A DNA stretch of 64,000 nt, from assembly GCA_051362555.1 (NCBI GenBank), contig CM120646.1, positions 682,001-746,000 of the forward strand. The letters are read 5' to 3'. The stretch's first letter is position 1. Each line of letters begins with the position of its first letter. Of this stretch, positions 23,792-64,000 are shown piece after piece. A model generated the notes under the pieces. That model made no database searches. It was given only the letters and a program-made list of their open reading frames with translations, and was not told where the DNA came from. This DNA comes from Lingula anatina. Lineage: Eukaryota > Animalia > Brachiopoda. The position numbers were made by a program, and so were the translations under genes.

Positions 23792-24805
23792 GGTGCAGAC
23801 ACACGTGTGTGGTTCATTTCAAGATTCGCGCTCTTCACGCATATCAATGCGCAGGTCGTGATTTGTGCTTGTACTAAATAGTCCGACAATATTTTGCAAA
23901 ATCCGTGCAACTTTGTAAATATTCAATTTTTTTATTTACATTCGATTATGTTTGAGCCTGGGAAGTAAAATAAAAATGCTTAGCTCTATCAATAATCAAA
24001 AAGAATTTTTTTATAAAATATCGAAACCAATACCATTGTTTCTAGGACTAGCTCTGTAACCTGGTCTGGACTCCTACACAAATGCATACGCTTTATTAAT
24101 TAGTCCGAATTTTTTATTTTATTCTCTACTGATGGTTGTTCTGATTAAATTATTGGCAGTCTGCTTATGTTTAAAACATAAAAGATGCTAAACATACCAA
24201 TTTGTGATGCAATTGTTGCTAAAAAAATCAAGTCAGTACGCAAGCTCGGATTAATCTCACGCATCGTCTGATCGTCTGCCATTTTCAATTTGGCGTTTTA
24301 CTTGAAGTTCTACAAAACTCTCGTAAGTTCCATTCTGAAATGCTTTAAGTCATTTATAAGGGTTTTTAATAGTTGCAGTATAATGGGCTACGTTGAATAG
24401 CGTTCGAACAACCTATATTTACGTTAATTTGAGCTCAAGTTGACCTATGTGCCGTACATTGATTTCCCTTTCACAACCACTATTTACAAATGGCACAATC
24501 ATTATCGTGATCGTTGTTTTCTAACATCATAAACACGAACCAAACTATTGTTACGAGAGACAAATATGATGTGTTAGTTCACCAACTTGCATCGGAGAGT
24601 GTTTGAAAAGTCTTATCTTCAATATACTTCATAATTTAATGCAGTATGTCCCCCTCCAAGACAAGATCCATTAATGTTCGCAACAGACTTTTGTGTATTT
24701 GCTTCATGGTTCCTTGGCACATGGATAAATGTATGCTCTTTAAATTCCTGACATTCTTTTCTTTAGATTTGATCAGATGTAGGGATTCAATCATAAACCG
24801 TCATC

Positions 24806-63647
<38,842 letters not shown>

Positions 63648-63949
63648 GTAAAGGGATCATGATGTACTATTTCTTTGATTTGGATGGAAGTGAGATGTTA
63701 ACACCTTCATTTGGTTTTTCTTATCAACTTAGATAAAATTAAAAAGCAGCCTACTCTATAGTTCTATTCTATGAAGAAAATCAAATGTAGATTTACAGTT
63801 TTGTATGCTGACTTCAGTTGCTTTTTCCTTGTCATCAATCATAACAAGTTTACTTTTCTACCATATCACAAGACACTTCAATTTTAAAGGAAGCAAGAGG
63901 TTTTTAAAAAAAGTTTTTATCATTTAGCTGTTTCTCATTTTAGCTCTAA

Positions 63950-64000
63950 TTGTACCACCAGCGTTAGCGCTGGCGGTACACATGGTTTCGGTCCCGTCCG
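63950..64000 (+). mobile_element. 5' end of a second copy of the 26812 HINE-like element
   Basis: TTGTACCACCAGCGTTAGCGCTGGCGGTACACATGGTTTCGGTCCCGTCCG is identical to 26812-26862. Confidence 0.9.

Noticed and set aside
24034-24225. RFX X-box candidates (GTTTCTAGGAC, GTTGCTA) upstream of the dynein
   Set aside because: Only half-site matches; expected by chance in 1 kb.

Overview
AT-rich, intron-rich animal genomic DNA, probably an invertebrate and likely a lophotrochozoan (inferred from the NPF-type precursor and the repeat types). The supplied ORF track misses most genes because they are spliced. Reading GT/AG boundaries and frame gives five loci. (1) 197-5816 (+): 3' part of a gene with a CARD-like domain, a TRADD-N-like domain, a coiled coil and two MIB/HERC2 domains. 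(2) 7438-15153 (+): a tandem cluster of small three-exon genes for secreted, cationic 10-cysteine peptides ending Gly-Lys-stop (amidation signal). It has two complete 87-aa copies, one orphan intact first exon, one pseudo-exon and interleaved Tc1/mariner elements. (3) 17667-18404 (+): a divergent NPY/NPF-type neuropeptide precursor predicted to yield an ...SRPKF-amide peptide, with the family-diagnostic phase-2 intron. (4) 23791-20129 (-): a six-exon uncharacterised gene of about 657 aa with an internal 11-aa repeat. (5) Head-to-head with it, 24806 to beyond 64000 (+): an axonemal outer-arm dynein heavy chain (DNAH8/DNAH5 class) whose introns hold Helentron/HINE-like elements (one with a 146-bp satellite), a Harbinger-type MITE, decayed transposases and three GC-AG introns. 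The best candidate for an undescribed system is the amidated cysteine-rich peptide cluster. All family assignments come from motif recognition by eye; no database search was run.
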